DNA from: Gemmatimonas sp.
GTDB lineage: Bacteria; Gemmatimonadota; Gemmatimonadetes; Gemmatimonadales; Gemmatimonadaceae
DNA length: 64,000 nt
Reading direction: 5' to 3'
Assembly (NCBI GenBank): GCA_965279375.1
Contig: OZ257156.1
Coordinates: 1,152,001 to 1,216,000, forward strand
Shown: positions 1 to 11,142 of the stretch, in pieces
How positions within the stretch are numbered: position 1 is the stretch's first letter
How the letters are laid out: every line of letters begins with the position of its first letter
Notes under the pieces: model-generated
What the model saw: the letters and a program-made list of their open reading frames with translations, nothing else
The model's database searches: none
What the model was told of the DNA's origin: nothing
Program-made: the position numbers and the translations under genes

Positions 1-984
1 GCGGGCGGTACGACGGCCGATGACAGCGTGGCGGCCACGCAAGGCGTGCTGCGTGCGCAGTTCGCCGCGACACGTTGGTCGTTGAGCACGGCGGAAGTCA
101 GTGCGACGAGCATTGGCCTCACACTCCCCGGATCGAACGGCAATCGCAGCGCGTTGCTGCGACAATCGATCTCGCGTGACGCAGTGAGCGTGTTTGCGGG
201 CGCGGGCATCAGCCGCACATCACGCTATGCACTCGAAAGCCACGGGGCGGTGCAGCAGGTGGGCGCGACGGCCGCGCATCGCGGCGCAGTGGCAGCGTTC
301 ACGTGGCAGCGCTCCACCAGCAACGATTGGCAGTTGATGGAGGCCGCAGGCATCGTGCTGCGACGCGCGGCGCGTTCGTACGAGCTGCACGACGCCACCG
401 TCGATGTGTCGTGGCGGTCCGAGCGCGCGACCCTGAGCGCGAGCCAGAGCTGGCGTGCCGGCGCGGGTGCAACGAGCGGCCGAGGCCACGGATTCGCGCT
501 GCTCGCCGCGTGGCAACTCTCGGCCAACACACAGCTGATCGCCCAGAGCGGCCGACAGCTGGCCGACGCGCTGCGCGGCGTGCCGCAAGCTCGATACACG
601 GGATTGGCGGTGCGCTGGACGTTGGGCACTGGTCGTGCGCTGCGCGCGCGCGCACTCGGCGATGTGGCATCGCCTGCGGACATCGTCAGGCGCACGGTGA
701 CGGGCGCCGAGTTGCAGCTGACGCCGCGGGAAGGCGGTGCGGATGCAACGGTGAGTATCGTGGCGCCGGAAGGCGCCGTGGTGGAGATCGCGACCAGCGC
801 CAATGACTGGGCGCCGCAGCTGCTCACGCGGAGTGGCACCGCATTCGTCGTGCGCCTTTCGCTGACCAGCGGGTCGCATCGGGTGGCCGTCCGGGTGAAC
901 GGCGGTGCATGGCGGGCACCACGCGGGCTGTCGGTGGTGAGCGATGACTTCGGCGGTAGCGCGGGGCTCGTCGTCGTCCCTTGA
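1..984 (+). CDS. 5'-truncated outer-membrane-like protein with C-terminal AMPK-beta/CBM48-like glycogen-binding domain
   Basis: Frame is open from base 1; alternating beta-strand pattern; C-terminal LTSGSHRVAVRVNGGAW..P...VVSDDFGG resembles CBM48-like domains. Confidence 0.6.
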   Translation, partial: AGGTTADDSVAATQGVLRAQFAATRWSLSTAEVSATSIGLTLPGSNGNRSALLRQSISRDAVSVFAGAGISRTSRYALESHGAVQQVGATAAHRGAVAAFTWQRSTSNDWQLMEAAGIVLRRAARSYELHDATVDVSWRSERATLSASQSWRAGAGATSGRGHGFALLAAWQLSANTQLIAQSGRQLADALRGVPQARYTGLAVRWTLGTGRALRARALGDVASPADIVRRTVTGAELQLTPREGGADATVSIVAPEGAVVEIATSANDWAPQLLTRSGTAFVVRLSLTSGSHRVAVRVNGGAWRAPRGLSVVSDDFGGSAGLVVVP

Positions 985-1223
985 TCGCTGCTCGCACACC
1001 GTTTACGGCGTGGCCCATCGACTCATCACGGATCGTGCACCGCTCTCACCAGAGACGGGCAGCCGCGCTCCGGCGCCGATCTGTGACCCTCGTGCCAGCC
1101 GCGTGACAGTGCGGACGACCACGATGTCCGATTTCGGGTTAGCGGCGTGACGGTGCGGCGAACCAAGCGTCCCACTATGGCGCGTGAATGCTCGCCCACC
1201 TTTTCGCCCGAATGCCCTCCTCC

Positions 1224-2594
1224 ATGTCATCCACCAACGCGAAGCCACGCTCAATTGGAGAGTTGGTTGCGCACACGCTCGAGACGACCGTGCTGCGCGA
1301 TGAGCCGTTGTCTCCTGAACAGGTGGACGGCGCCGTTGCGGCACTGCGTACCGCGCTCGCAACGCGCGACTTGGTGCTGCTGGTGGAGAAGCACGGGTTG
1401 ATGGTCAACGGCGACGAGGTCAGTTCGTCGAGCGCCGTGCGACTGCTGCATCGCCTTGCCGCCGTTCGTATTCGCCGCGTGCGGATCGAAGCGGCGGTGC
1501 GCGATCAGGACCTCGCCGCGATGCTCGGCGCGTTGCAGGGCAAGGACGCCGATGCGATTTCCGACGAGCTGCGCTCGCGCCGACTGGCCGGTGTGTCCAT
1601 CGAGTTGCGCGATAGCCCGATGGTGCCGGCGATGGCGATTCCCGAGCCGGATCCCGAGCCGGAGCCCGAGTCGGAAGCGGAGAGCACGGACGTCTTTCCG
1701 GACGCCACCGTCGCTCTCGAGGCACCGGCGCCCAAGGCTGCGGTCGCGCTCGATGACGCGCTGTGGGACGTGCCGGTCGATCCCGAGCTGCAGGCGCGCC
1801 AGCAACGGCAGGACAATGCCTACGCTGCGGAACTCTTCGCCAAGTTGCTGTCGGCGCAGGCACCAGCGGATCGCCAGTATCTCTTCGGCGCACTCGTACG
1901 CCTGGACGGCAGCGTGGCGTTCCTCGAAGCGTGTCTCTCGCACGAGCGCCCGCACGTCGTGGTGACGGCACTGGCGCTGCTGCGCGCGAAGAACTCGCAG
2001 GAGTCGAGCCTGGCCATCGCGGAACTCATGCGCCACGCCGACAGCAGTGTACGGTTAAACGCCGTGAAGGCCATGAGTACGCTGGCGACGCCCGTGTGCT
2101 GGAACGCGCTGCAGGTTGGCCTGTTCGACAAGGTGCTCGAGATCCGGATGGCTTGCCTGCTGGCGTTCGATGCCAAGGCGGATGCGCTCCCTGCCGCCGT
2201 GATGCGCACGCTGCTGGCGCGCGAGACCGGCGAGGAGATGCTCGTGCAGATCATCGAGCGCATGGGGCGCTACAAGTCGCACGAAGTCAGCCGTGCGCTG
2301 GCCAAGGCCACGGTCCTGCAGATCAAGGAACGCGGCTCGATCAGCATCCTGCGTGCGTTGCTCGAACAGTTGGCCGTGCACCAGCCACCGATCGCGCGTC
2401 GGCTGGCGCACTACCTGCGCGATTCGCCCAACCCGATGCGCGGTGCGCTTGGTGACGAGATCTATCGTCGCACGTTGAGTGGCGGTACGCGCCGAGACAG
2501 CGGCGCCAACGAGGCGCAGGATGCCGACGCGCTGCTGGGCGACGCGTCCGGCGATGACATGTTCAGCGAGATGGGACTCGGCAACGTCGCGTAG
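1224..2594 (+). CDS. HEAT-repeat protein
   Basis: Helical repeats (HERPHVVVTALALL, HADSSVRLNAVKAM, DKVLEIRMACLLAF) after a PEPDPEPEPE linker; start uncertain (1188/1212/1224). Confidence 0.65.
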   Translation: MSSTNAKPRSIGELVAHTLETTVLRDEPLSPEQVDGAVAALRTALATRDLVLLVEKHGLMVNGDEVSSSSAVRLLHRLAAVRIRRVRIEAAVRDQDLAAMLGALQGKDADAISDELRSRRLAGVSIELRDSPMVPAMAIPEPDPEPEPESEAESTDVFPDATVALEAPAPKAAVALDDALWDVPVDPELQARQQRQDNAYAAELFAKLLSAQAPADRQYLFGALVRLDGSVAFLEACLSHERPHVVVTALALLRAKNSQESSLAIAELMRHADSSVRLNAVKAMSTLATPVCWNALQVGLFDKVLEIRMACLLAFDAKADALPAAVMRTLLARETGEEMLVQIIERMGRYKSHEVSRALAKATVLQIKERGSISILRALLEQLAVHQPPIARRLAHYLRDSPNPMRGALGDEIYRRTLSGGTRRDSGANEAQDADALLGDASGDDMFSEMGLGNVA

Positions 2595-2727
2595 ACCGTG
2601 CTGGCCCTGCATGCATCAGCGGCGTGCCGTCAACTCGACGACACGCCGCTGTCTGCTTTTTGTCTGCTGGCGACCACCACGCTCCGTCAAACGCGATCGC
2701 GTCGGACGGAGCGCAGTCGATTGAACG

Positions 2728-5700
2728 TCAGTTGGTCGGCACCGTGAAAGTCAGCTTCGCCTTGGCCATGTTCGCCGAGAGCAGCTTGGCCTTGGCCAGA
2801 ACGGCGCGCGCTTCGATCGTCGCCTTGGCCAGCGCGGCCTTGGCATCGACACCCTGCTTCACGACGGAGGCGCTGGGGACTTCCCAGATGCCTTGCATCG
2901 CGGCCTTGGCCGTGCCCACGCGCCCGAGCGCGTTGGCCTGCGCCGCCGCCTGAGCCGCTGCGGCTCCAGCACCACCGCCTCCACCGCCGCCGCCAAAGCC
3001 ACCACCGATTGCCGGCGGCACGCCGAACTTCACACGGACCGAGTCGAACGCCTTCCGGAAATCGGCGAACTCCGTCTTCACCGCCGCTGGAGTGCTCGCC
3101 GAGTCGACCTGCGGCGCGATGCGATTCACTTCGGTGAAGAGCGCGCTCAGCTGCGACGCGATGACCGTACCCGCGCGCTGCGCCTCATGCAGGTCGGTGA
3201 TGGCCGCGTTGTAGGCCACGCGGGCCGCGCCGGTCAGCGGAATCTCCGGGTCCATCGTGATCGTGAGCGGCTTGCTGGCCACCACCTTGCCGTCGGTCAC
3301 GAGCGAGACCGTGTAGGTGCCGGGAAGCACCTGCGGACCGGTGTTCGTCTGCCCGCCGCCACCAAAGCCACCGCCACCGCCAAAGGCCGCGCCGCCCGCA
3401 GGGGCGCACGGATTCTCCGCCAGATAGCCAATCGGCGGCAGCGGAACCGGCATCCCCGGAATTGCGCGGCCACCCGCACCACCGGGACCGCCAGGACCCG
3501 CGCCGCGTCCGCCGCCAGCACCCGCTGCTGCGGCACCCGGACCACCGCGACCCGCTGCCGCGACCGCCGGCACCGGCTCAACCCGATGATCCCAGCACAC
3601 CGTCTGGATGCCCGCCACGTTGCGCGCGTCGGGAATCGGCAGCTCACGCACCAGCTTTCCGGCCGTCGTGCTGATGCGGAGCAACGGCTTCACCGCCGGC
3701 TTGGCGAGGTGCAGCTGCAGCACCGCTTCGGTCGGCGGGTTTTCGCCGGTGAAGAAGCTGTGTCCCCAGAACTCGTCGTTGCGATCGTCCTTGCTCTTCC
3801 ACTGCAGCGCGAGGCCGGGCGTGAACAACGCGGCGTCGGCCTTGGAGGCCGCCGCGTATTCCTGAATCGGCTCGAGATGATCGAGCACCCAGATCGCGCG
3901 GCCGTGCGTGGCCACCAGCAGCGCGTTGTCGCGCGGGTGAATCGTCAGCTCGTCCACACGCACGTCCGGGAAGTTGGCCTTGAGCCGCTTCCACGTCGCA
4001 CCGCGATCGAGCGACAACATGATGCCCGTTTCGGTGCCGACGTACAGCACATCGGGATTGCGCGTGTCTTCGGTGATCGTGCGGACGACCTCGCCCTTGA
4101 GCCCCGACGCAAGCGAACGGAACGTCGCGCCACCATCCGTCGTCACCCACAGATACGGGTCGTAGTCGTTCTGGCGGTAGTTGGTGACGGCGACGTACGC
4201 GACCTTCGCATCAAAGCGCGACGGCGCCACACGCGATACGAACGCGTGTCCCGACGGGAAGCCCGGCAGGCGGCCGGTGATGTTCGTCCACGTCTTGCCG
4301 TTGTCGGTCGACATGCTGACGGTGCCGTCGTCGGTGCCGGCGTAGTAGATGCCCGGCTGCTTGGGCGATTCGCCCAGCGCGACGATCGTCGGCCACGCGG
4401 AGATGCCGTCGTTGCGCGAGATCGTGATGCTCGCACCCATCACGCCCATGGTGACAATGCTATCGCGCTTCTCGTTCTTGGTGAGATCGGGGCTGATGGC
4501 CACCCACGAATCACCACGATCGGTCGAGCGAAACACACGATTCGCGGCTGCCAACAACACACCCGGATTGCTCGGCGACAACATCAGCGGCGTATCCCAA
4601 TGGAAGCGATACGTCTCGCCAGCTGTGAAGTTGGTGACGTTCTGCGCCGTGGGACGGATGCTCTTGGATTCGCCGGTGACGATGTTGCGGCGAATCATGT
4701 TGCCGTCCTGCGACTCGGTGTACACGATGCGCGCATCGCGCAGATCCGGAATGGCGACGAAGCCGTCGCCGCCGAGAATCTGGAACCAGTCGTAGTTGAA
4801 AATGCCGCGACTCATGCGCGACGCACTCGGTCCGCACCAATCGTAGTTGTCCTGCATGCCGCCGCAGATCTTGTACGGCAGCGACATGTCATAGCTCACA
4901 TGGTAGAACAGGCCGACCGGAATGTTCTCGATGAAGCGCCACGTGCGCGCCATGTCGTACGACGCGGCCACACCACCGTCGTTGCCGATCACGATATGGT
5001 CGGCGTTCTTCGGGTCGATCCAGATCGCGTGCACGTCATCATGCGTGACGAGCGCCGCGTCCGCTTCGAAGGTCTTGCCGCCGTCCACCGACATGTGCAG
5101 GCCAACGCCGCCCATGTAGATGCGATCGGCGTTGGTGGGATCGATGCGCAGCTGACTGAAATACATCGGACGGGCGTTGGTGCCGCTCTGCTTGGTCCAC
5201 GTCGCGCCGCCATCGTTGGAGCGATAGACGCCCGTGATGAACGCGCCACCCGCCGGTGCTGCTGGTGCAGCGCCTTCCGCGCCTTCCGCTGCAGCCGGGC
5301 GACCCGCGCCCGCCGGTCCTTCCACGCTCGCGTACACGATGTTCGCGTCGCCGCGATACACGTCCACAGCGATGCGACCGAGCGGACCGGTGGGGAAGCC
5401 GGTGCCAGTCACCTTGGTCCACGTCGCGCCACCGTCAGTGCTCTTGTGGAGCGCGCTGCCGGGACCGCCACCGTTCATGCAGCAGGTCGTGCGACGCCGC
5501 TGATACATCGACGCGAACATGATGTTCGGATCGGTCGCCGACATCGCGAGATCGTTGGCGCCGGTGTCGTCGTCGCCCGCGAGTACACGCGACCACGTCA
5601 TGCCGCCGTCGGTCGTGCGATAGATGCCGCGCTCACCGCCCGGACCAAACAGCGGGCCCGTCGCTGCGACGAGTACGATGTTGTTGTCGTTCGGATTGAT

Positions 5701-6168
5701 GAGAATGCGATTGATGTGCTTCGACGTGGGAAGCCCCATCAGCGCGAACGTCTTGCCACCATCAGTCGACTTGTAGACGCCGCTGCCCCACGAGGTACTC
5801 TGGCGATTGTTGGACTCGCCGGTGCCCACCCACACGAGATCAGGATTCTTCTGCGACACGGCCACGTCGCCGATGGCCATGAGGCCATTGTCCTGAAAGA
5901 GCGGGGTGAACATCGTGCCGCCGCTCGTCGTCTTCCAGACACCGCCGTGCGCGGTGCCTACGTAGTAAATCGCCGGATTGGCTTCATACACGGCGAGGTC
6001 CGCCACGCGTCCCGACATCGTGGCCGGTCCGACGGAACGGAAGTGCAGCTTGGAGAATTCCTGCGCGACAGGAATAGCGGTCGACTGCGCGCGGACGGCG
6101 GTCGCCACCAGCAAGAGTGCGCTGGCGGTAGCCGCCGTAACGGCAACGGAGACACGGCGGAGAGGCAT
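2728..6168 (-). CDS. Secreted VPS10/BNR (Asp-box) beta-propeller protein, glycosyl-hydrolase-like
   Basis: Signal peptide, FRSVGPATMSGR start motif, many S/TxDGGxTW Asp-boxes. Confidence 0.85.
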   Translation of the reverse strand: MPLRRVSVAVTAATASALLLVATAVRAQSTAIPVAQEFSKLHFRSVGPATMSGRVADLAVYEANPAIYYVGTAHGGVWKTTSGGTMFTPLFQDNGLMAIGDVAVSQKNPDLVWVGTGESNNRQSTSWGSGVYKSTDGGKTFALMGLPTSKHINRILINPNDNNIVLVAATGPLFGPGGERGIYRTTDGGMTWSRVLAGDDDTGANDLAMSATDPNIMFASMYQRRRTTCCMNGGGPGSALHKSTDGGATWTKVTGTGFPTGPLGRIAVDVYRGDANIVYASVEGPAGAGRPAAAEGAEGAAPAAPAGGAFITGVYRSNDGGATWTKQSGTNARPMYFSQLRIDPTNADRIYMGGVGLHMSVDGGKTFEADAALVTHDDVHAIWIDPKNADHIVIGNDGGVAASYDMARTWRFIENIPVGLFYHVSYDMSLPYKICGGMQDNYDWCGPSASRMSRGIFNYDWFQILGGDGFVAIPDLRDARIVYTESQDGNMIRRNIVTGESKSIRPTAQNVTNFTAGETYRFHWDTPLMLSPSNPGVLLAAANRVFRSTDRGDSWVAISPDLTKNEKRDSIVTMGVMGASITISRNDGISAWPTIVALGESPKQPGIYYAGTDDGTVSMSTDNGKTWTNITGRLPGFPSGHAFVSRVAPSRFDAKVAYVAVTNYRQNDYDPYLWVTTDGGATFRSLASGLKGEVVRTITEDTRNPDVLYVGTETGIMLSLDRGATWKRLKANFPDVRVDELTIHPRDNALLVATHGRAIWVLDHLEPIQEYAAASKADAALFTPGLALQWKSKDDRNDEFWGHSFFTGENPPTEAVLQLHLAKPAVKPLLRISTTAGKLVRELPIPDARNVAGIQTVCWDHRVEPVPAVAAAGRGGPGAAAAGAGGGRGAGPGGPGGAGGRAIPGMPVPLPPIGYLAENPCAPAGGAAFGGGGGFGGGGQTNTGPQVLPGTYTVSLVTDGKVVASKPLTITMDPEIPLTGAARVAYNAAITDLHEAQRAGTVIASQLSALFTEVNRIAPQVDSASTPAAVKTEFADFRKAFDSVRVKFGVPPAIGGGFGGGGGGGGAGAAAAQAAAQANALGRVGTAKAAMQGIWEVPSASVVKQGVDAKAALAKATIEARAVLAKAKLLSANMAKAKLTFTVPTN

Positions 6169-6291
6169 GGATGTCGAACGGTGCGGGGGACAGGACCTGC
6201 GCAGATCCCGACGTTAACGCCCGCCCGGCACCGTTCGCTACCAAGACGCGCTCGCGAGCTCCGCGAGTGCGTCTTTGGCGAGCGCGGGGTC

Positions 6292-7737
6292 TTACCGGTG
6301 CATCAGGTACTCGAGCACGTCAAAGCGCGTCACGATCCCCTGCACGACCCCGTCCTTCTTCATCAGCACGGCACGGTTGCTCTTGCTGAGCAGCTTGGCC
6401 ACGCCTTCCACCGGCGAATCGGCGTCCACGGTCGGGAACGGCTGGTCCATCACGTCACTGACGGTCTGATCGAGCACCCGCGCATCGGCCAGGCTTTTGC
6501 TCGTCAGCTGGGACTCGGCGACGCTCCCCACGCAAACGCTGCCATCCATGACCGGCACCTGCGACACATCGTGCAGCGCCATCAGGCGAATGGCCTGACG
6601 CACCGTTGCACCGGGCGACACGCTGATCATGGCCGGCGCCGAGGTGTCCTTGCGGCCGAGTACCGACTCGATCGACGTGGTGGTGGCGTCGAGCATCTGG
6701 TTCTCGCGCATCCACTCGTCGTTGAAGACCTTGCTGAGGTAGCGCTCGCCGGTGTCGCAGAGGAAGGTGACCACGCACGCGTTCGGATCATCGACGCGGC
6801 GCGCGACCGTCAGCGCGGCGTGTGCGATCATGCCGGCCGAGCCGCCAACGAAGATGCCTTCCTCGCGCGTGAGCTTGCGCGCCATCGCGAAGGCGTCCTT
6901 GTCGTTGACCGTGATGAACTCGTCGATCACGCTCATGTCGAGCGTGTGCGGCACGCAGTCCTGGCCCACGCCTTCCACCTTGTACGGCGCGCCGGTGTGG
7001 TGCCCTTCGCCGTTCGAACGCCAGAGCGCGGCCAGCACGGAGCCCTGCGGATCAGCGGCGATGATCTTGATGTTCGGGTTCATCGACTTGAGGTAGCGCC
7101 CGACACCCGAGATCGTGCCACCGGTGCCAGCGCCCGCGATGAAATGCGTGATGCGCCCTTCCGTCTGCTCCCACAACTCAGGCCCCGTTGTTGCAACGTG
7201 TGCATCGGGGTTGGCCTCGTTGTCGAACTGTCCGGCCAGTACCGCGCCCGGCGTTTCAGCAGCGATGCGCTTGGCCATCATCACGTAGTTCTGCGGATGA
7301 TCGTGCGCGACTGCGGTGGGCGTGATGATCACTTCGGCGCCGAACGCCTTGAGCAGGCGCACCTTCTCCTGCGACATCTTGTCGGGCATCGTGAAGATGC
7401 ACTTGTAGCCCTTGAGCGCGGCTGCGATCGCCAGACCGACGCCGGTGTTTCCGCTCGTCGCCTCGACGATGGTACCACCCGGCTTGAGACGTCCCGACTT
7501 TTCGTGCGACTCGATCAGCGGCATGCCGATCCGGTCCTTCACGCTGCCGCCCGGATTGAAATAGTCGGCCTTGCCATAGACCGGTGTTCTCAATCCCTTG
7601 GCGACGCGGCTCAGGCGGATCAACGGCGTCCAGCCGATGGTATCCAGCACACTGTCGTAGGGGCGGCGGTGCCGAAGGTGTTCTACGGGAAGACGGTCGG
7701 CATCGGTGTTCCGTTCGGTCGGGAGTGTCGTCGCCAT
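6292..7737 (-). CDS. cbs: Cystathionine beta-synthase (PLP domain plus C-terminal CBS pair)
   Basis: NPGGSVKDR, EATSGNTG, GAGTGGT, PYKVEGVG and YLSKVFNDEWM motifs; tandem CBS domains; start trimmed to ATG 7737. Confidence 0.9.
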   Translation of the reverse strand: MATTLPTERNTDADRLPVEHLRHRRPYDSVLDTIGWTPLIRLSRVAKGLRTPVYGKADYFNPGGSVKDRIGMPLIESHEKSGRLKPGGTIVEATSGNTGVGLAIAAALKGYKCIFTMPDKMSQEKVRLLKAFGAEVIITPTAVAHDHPQNYVMMAKRIAAETPGAVLAGQFDNEANPDAHVATTGPELWEQTEGRITHFIAGAGTGGTISGVGRYLKSMNPNIKIIAADPQGSVLAALWRSNGEGHHTGAPYKVEGVGQDCVPHTLDMSVIDEFITVNDKDAFAMARKLTREEGIFVGGSAGMIAHAALTVARRVDDPNACVVTFLCDTGERYLSKVFNDEWMRENQMLDATTTSIESVLGRKDTSAPAMISVSPGATVRQAIRLMALHDVSQVPVMDGSVCVGSVAESQLTSKSLADARVLDQTVSDVMDQPFPTVDADSPVEGVAKLLSKSNRAVLMKKDGVVQGIVTRFDVLEYLMHR

Positions 7738-7870
7738 GATACTGGTCTCACCACAGGAAGTGGTCGGCGAGCGCCGACCGGCAGGAGAACGACGCCTGAT
7801 CAGCTGTCCCGTTACGTCGTTCACGCGCCAAATCTACACCCCAGCCGGCACTTCGGCGTTATCATCTGCC

Positions 7871-10213
7871 ATGAACTCAAGACGCTCCGCTCCCATTTGC
7901 GCGCTGGTCGCGCTCGTCGCTTCGGCGCTGCTTGGCGCATGCTCCAAGGGCACCACGGACGCCACGCAGACTCCCGCGGCGATGCGAGCGCAGTCCGGCA
8001 CGCTGCAGTCGGGAACGGTCGGGAGTGTGCTCGCGATTCCGCTCAGCGTCGTCGTCACCGACAACAGCGGCAAGACGATCGCCGGGGCACGCGTGGACTG
8101 GGATGCCGCAGCCGGTTCCGGCACCGTCAATCCGAGCGCGTCCGCCACCGACAGCAAGGGCGTCGCGTCCACCACGTGGACGCTTGGTACCGTGGCCGGT
8201 ACGGCCCGCGTCACCGCACAGATCGGCGGCGTCACGCCTGTCACGTTCAGCGCCACAGCGATCGTAGGTCCGGCGGCGAGTGTCGTTGCCACACCGGAAC
8301 TCGCCTTCCTCGGCGTCGGTGACACGCTGCGCGTTCGCGCCAGCGTGCGCGATCAGTTCGGCAACGATCTCGCGGGACAGGCGGTCTCGTTCAGCACCCC
8401 GGACGCCGCCGTTGCCACGGTCAGCAGCGCCGGACTCGTCACCGCAGTCAGCGTCGGCTCGGCGCGCATCATCGCCGATGCATCGGGCAAGGCGGACACG
8501 GTGCCGGTGACGGTTTCTGCCGCGGGCGCCTCGGCGTGCGGCACGACCGCGATCCGTCAGCTCGCCGTCGGCGAAGTCTTCACCCCCGCCGCTGGCACCT
8601 CGAGCGCGAGCACGTGCCTCGGCGCGCCGTCCAACGTGAATGGCGAGTACGCACTCACGGTGATCTCGGCAGCCACGTCGTTCGGCACGATCACCCCAGT
8701 GGATGTCTACGCCATCGGCAACACGGGGCCCACCACGTCCGCGCTCGTCGCGGGGTTGCTGTCACCGTCGGCGCCAAGCATCGACTTCGAAGCACCAGCG
8801 CAGATGAACGCGCGATCGATGTCACCGGTGCAGGCGGCGGAGTTTGCGCGCCGGGAGATGGAGCGCACGGAACTGTCGCCGTTGGTCTCGAGCGCGCGGA
8901 GCTGGTACGCCGATCGCGCCGCGTCATCCATCCGTTCGGCGCTCGCCGAGGCCAAGGTTGGCGACATCATCAAGCTCAACGCAAACGCCAATCAGGCCTG
9001 CGCGAACGCGGACAATCGCACTGGTCGTGTTGCGGCAGTAGGCACCCGCGCGATCGTCGTGGCGGATACGGCCAATCCGAGCGGCGGCTACACCGACGCG
9101 GAGTACGGCGACATCGTCGCCACATTCGACACGCTGATCTTCCCGATGGACACCACGGCGTTTGGTGCGCCGAGCAACATCAGCACGTACGGCAAGATCA
9201 TCCTGTTCTACACGCGCAACGTGAACGCGCTGACGCCGGCCAACGCCAACTACACCATCGGCGGGTTCTTCTTCGCACGCGATCTGTATCCGAAGGTCGC
9301 CAGGGCCGGGCTACAGGCATGCGCCGAGTCCAACGAGCAGGAGATGTTCTATCTCCTCGCACCCGATCCCAATGGCACCATCAACGGGAACAAGCGCACC
9401 AAGGATGTCGTGAACGTGCTGAACCTGGGCACCATCGCGCATGAGCTGCAGCATCTGATCAACTCATCGCGGCGGTTGTATGTGAACACCGGCGCGACAG
9501 CGAATGAGCAGACGTGGCTGGACGAAGGTCTCGCGCACACCGCCGAGGAGTTGCTGTACTTCCGCATCTCGGGTTTTTCGTCGCGACAGAATCTGACGCT
9601 GTCGGATGTGGCGGGCTCTCCGGCGCGCGCCACCGCATTCAGCAACTATGCGGCGCAGAACTTCTCGCGCTTCTACAGCTTCCTGGTCAATCCGGAAACC
9701 AACTCGCCGTACGCGCCGAACGATTCGCTGTCCACGCGCGGTGCGATCTGGAATTTCCTGCGCTACGCCGCGGGCCGGCAGGGCGCGAATGGTGAGGCGG
9801 CGTTCTACCGCGCCGTCGTGAACTCCAACACGACCGGCGTCGCCAATCTCACCAATGCGATTCCGGGTGGCGCGTTCGCAGAGTATCTGCGCGACTGGAG
9901 CGTGTCGCTCATCGCCGACGACTTCAGCACCGCCACCACGGCTGCACTCGATCCCAGGTACGTACTGTCAGCCTGGAATTTCCGCAGCATCTATCCTGGA
10001 CTGCGAATCGGCAGTGGCACCGCGTTGGGCGTGTATCCGATCAGCAGCCGCTCGCTGCAGAACAACACGCCGCAACGGATTTCGCTGGCGGGAGGTGCGA
10101 GCAGCTACGTGCGCTTCGGGATCGCGAGCGGCCGCAGCGCGTTGCTCACGCTGTCATCGAGCGGCGGAGCGTTGCCGGCGACGTTGCGCTATGCGGTGGT
10201 ACGGCTGCGCTGA
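7871..10213 (+). CDS. Lipoprotein with Ig-like domains and a gluzincin-type metallopeptidase domain
   Basis: Lipobox LLGAC; Ig-like repeats; HELQH followed by WLDEGLA. Confidence 0.75.
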   Translation: MNSRRSAPICALVALVASALLGACSKGTTDATQTPAAMRAQSGTLQSGTVGSVLAIPLSVVVTDNSGKTIAGARVDWDAAAGSGTVNPSASATDSKGVASTTWTLGTVAGTARVTAQIGGVTPVTFSATAIVGPAASVVATPELAFLGVGDTLRVRASVRDQFGNDLAGQAVSFSTPDAAVATVSSAGLVTAVSVGSARIIADASGKADTVPVTVSAAGASACGTTAIRQLAVGEVFTPAAGTSSASTCLGAPSNVNGEYALTVISAATSFGTITPVDVYAIGNTGPTTSALVAGLLSPSAPSIDFEAPAQMNARSMSPVQAAEFARREMERTELSPLVSSARSWYADRAASSIRSALAEAKVGDIIKLNANANQACANADNRTGRVAAVGTRAIVVADTANPSGGYTDAEYGDIVATFDTLIFPMDTTAFGAPSNISTYGKIILFYTRNVNALTPANANYTIGGFFFARDLYPKVARAGLQACAESNEQEMFYLLAPDPNGTINGNKRTKDVVNVLNLGTIAHELQHLINSSRRLYVNTGATANEQTWLDEGLAHTAEELLYFRISGFSSRQNLTLSDVAGSPARATAFSNYAAQNFSRFYSFLVNPETNSPYAPNDSLSTRGAIWNFLRYAAGRQGANGEAAFYRAVVNSNTTGVANLTNAIPGGAFAEYLRDWSVSLIADDFSTATTAALDPRYVLSAWNFRSIYPGLRIGSGTALGVYPISSRSLQNNTPQRISLAGGASSYVRFGIASGRSALLTLSSSGGALPATLRYAVVRLR

Positions 10214-10249
10214 CGCGGCAACTGACGGTTAGACGGTATCTGCTTTCCG

Positions 10250-11104
10250 TCAGCTGCGCTTCTTGAGGCGGATTTCGTACAGCTTGGGCCACCGCTTGCC
10301 GGTGACGAAGTAGCGATCGGCGGCGGGATCGTACGCGATGCCGTTGAGAACGTCCTCGTTACCCGTGCGGTCCAGCTTGGGGAGAAGCCCTGAGAGGTCG
10401 ATCCATCCCGTCACATCGCCGGTGGCGGGATCGATGCGGGCGATCTGGTCCGACTGATACACGTTCGCCCAGATCTCGCCCTTCACCCACTCGAGCTCAT
10501 TGAGCTGCGGGACCGGCGTGCCGTGATCGTTCACCGTGATGGTCCTGGTGACGGCGAATGTCTTCGGGTCGCGGTAGCGAATGGCGGCAGTGCCATCGCT
10601 CATGATGATCGACGTGCCATCGGTGGTGAGCCCCCACCCTTCGCCGTCGTACTTGAACTCGCCCTTCTTGGTGAACGTCGCCGCGTCGTATACGAAGGCC
10701 ACGCCCGACGTCCAGGTGATCTCGTAGAGGTCCTTGCCCATGATGACGATCCCTTCGCCGAAGTACGGCTCGGGGACGTCATGCTTGCGCAGCACGCGAC
10801 CGGTCTTGTAGTCGACTTCGCGCAGGCTCGACTTCCCCACGAGTCCGGTGCTCTCGAAGAGCTGGCCGTGATCCCACAGCAGTCCCTGCGTGTATGCGTC
10901 GGTGTCGTGCGGCCACGACTGCAGCACGTAGGCCACGTAGGTGGGCGTGCGCGCAGGCGCGTCGCCGGCGGCGGCGCTGTCAGCCGCGGGGGCTTCCTTG
11001 GTGCAGGCGCCAAACGCGCCCGCGGTGGCAACGAAGCCGACGGAGCCGAGGAGAATCGCGACCGTGGTGGCGCGAGAACGACGAAGTGACGACAGGAAGG
11101 CCAT
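10250..11104 (-). CDS. Glutaminyl-peptide cyclotransferase (type I, beta-propeller)
   Basis: PHD..YTQGL, ESTG, FGEG, EGWGL, LNELE and VLNGIA motifs. Confidence 0.92.
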   Translation of the reverse strand: MAFLSSLRRSRATTVAILLGSVGFVATAGAFGACTKEAPAADSAAAGDAPARTPTYVAYVLQSWPHDTDAYTQGLLWDHGQLFESTGLVGKSSLREVDYKTGRVLRKHDVPEPYFGEGIVIMGKDLYEITWTSGVAFVYDAATFTKKGEFKYDGEGWGLTTDGTSIIMSDGTAAIRYRDPKTFAVTRTITVNDHGTPVPQLNELEWVKGEIWANVYQSDQIARIDPATGDVTGWIDLSGLLPKLDRTGNEDVLNGIAYDPAADRYFVTGKRWPKLYEIRLKKRS

Positions 11105-11142
11105 GGTGCGCTCGGGCGGAGAATCGGGGCGGATACGGGAAG

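Noticed and set aside
1178..1192. TGGCGCGTGAATGCT as a sigma54 promoter (also TGGCGCGCGGGTGC at 60231)
   Set aside because: GG-to-GC spacing is 9, not the required 10.
2930..3570. Gly/Ala-rich repeats in the propeller gene
   Set aside because: In-frame low-complexity protein linkers, not a DNA repeat element.
2893..8322. 1809-aa plus-strand ORF
   Set aside because: Antisense shadow of the propeller and cbs genes; Arg/His-rich with no motifs, typical of high-GC DNA.
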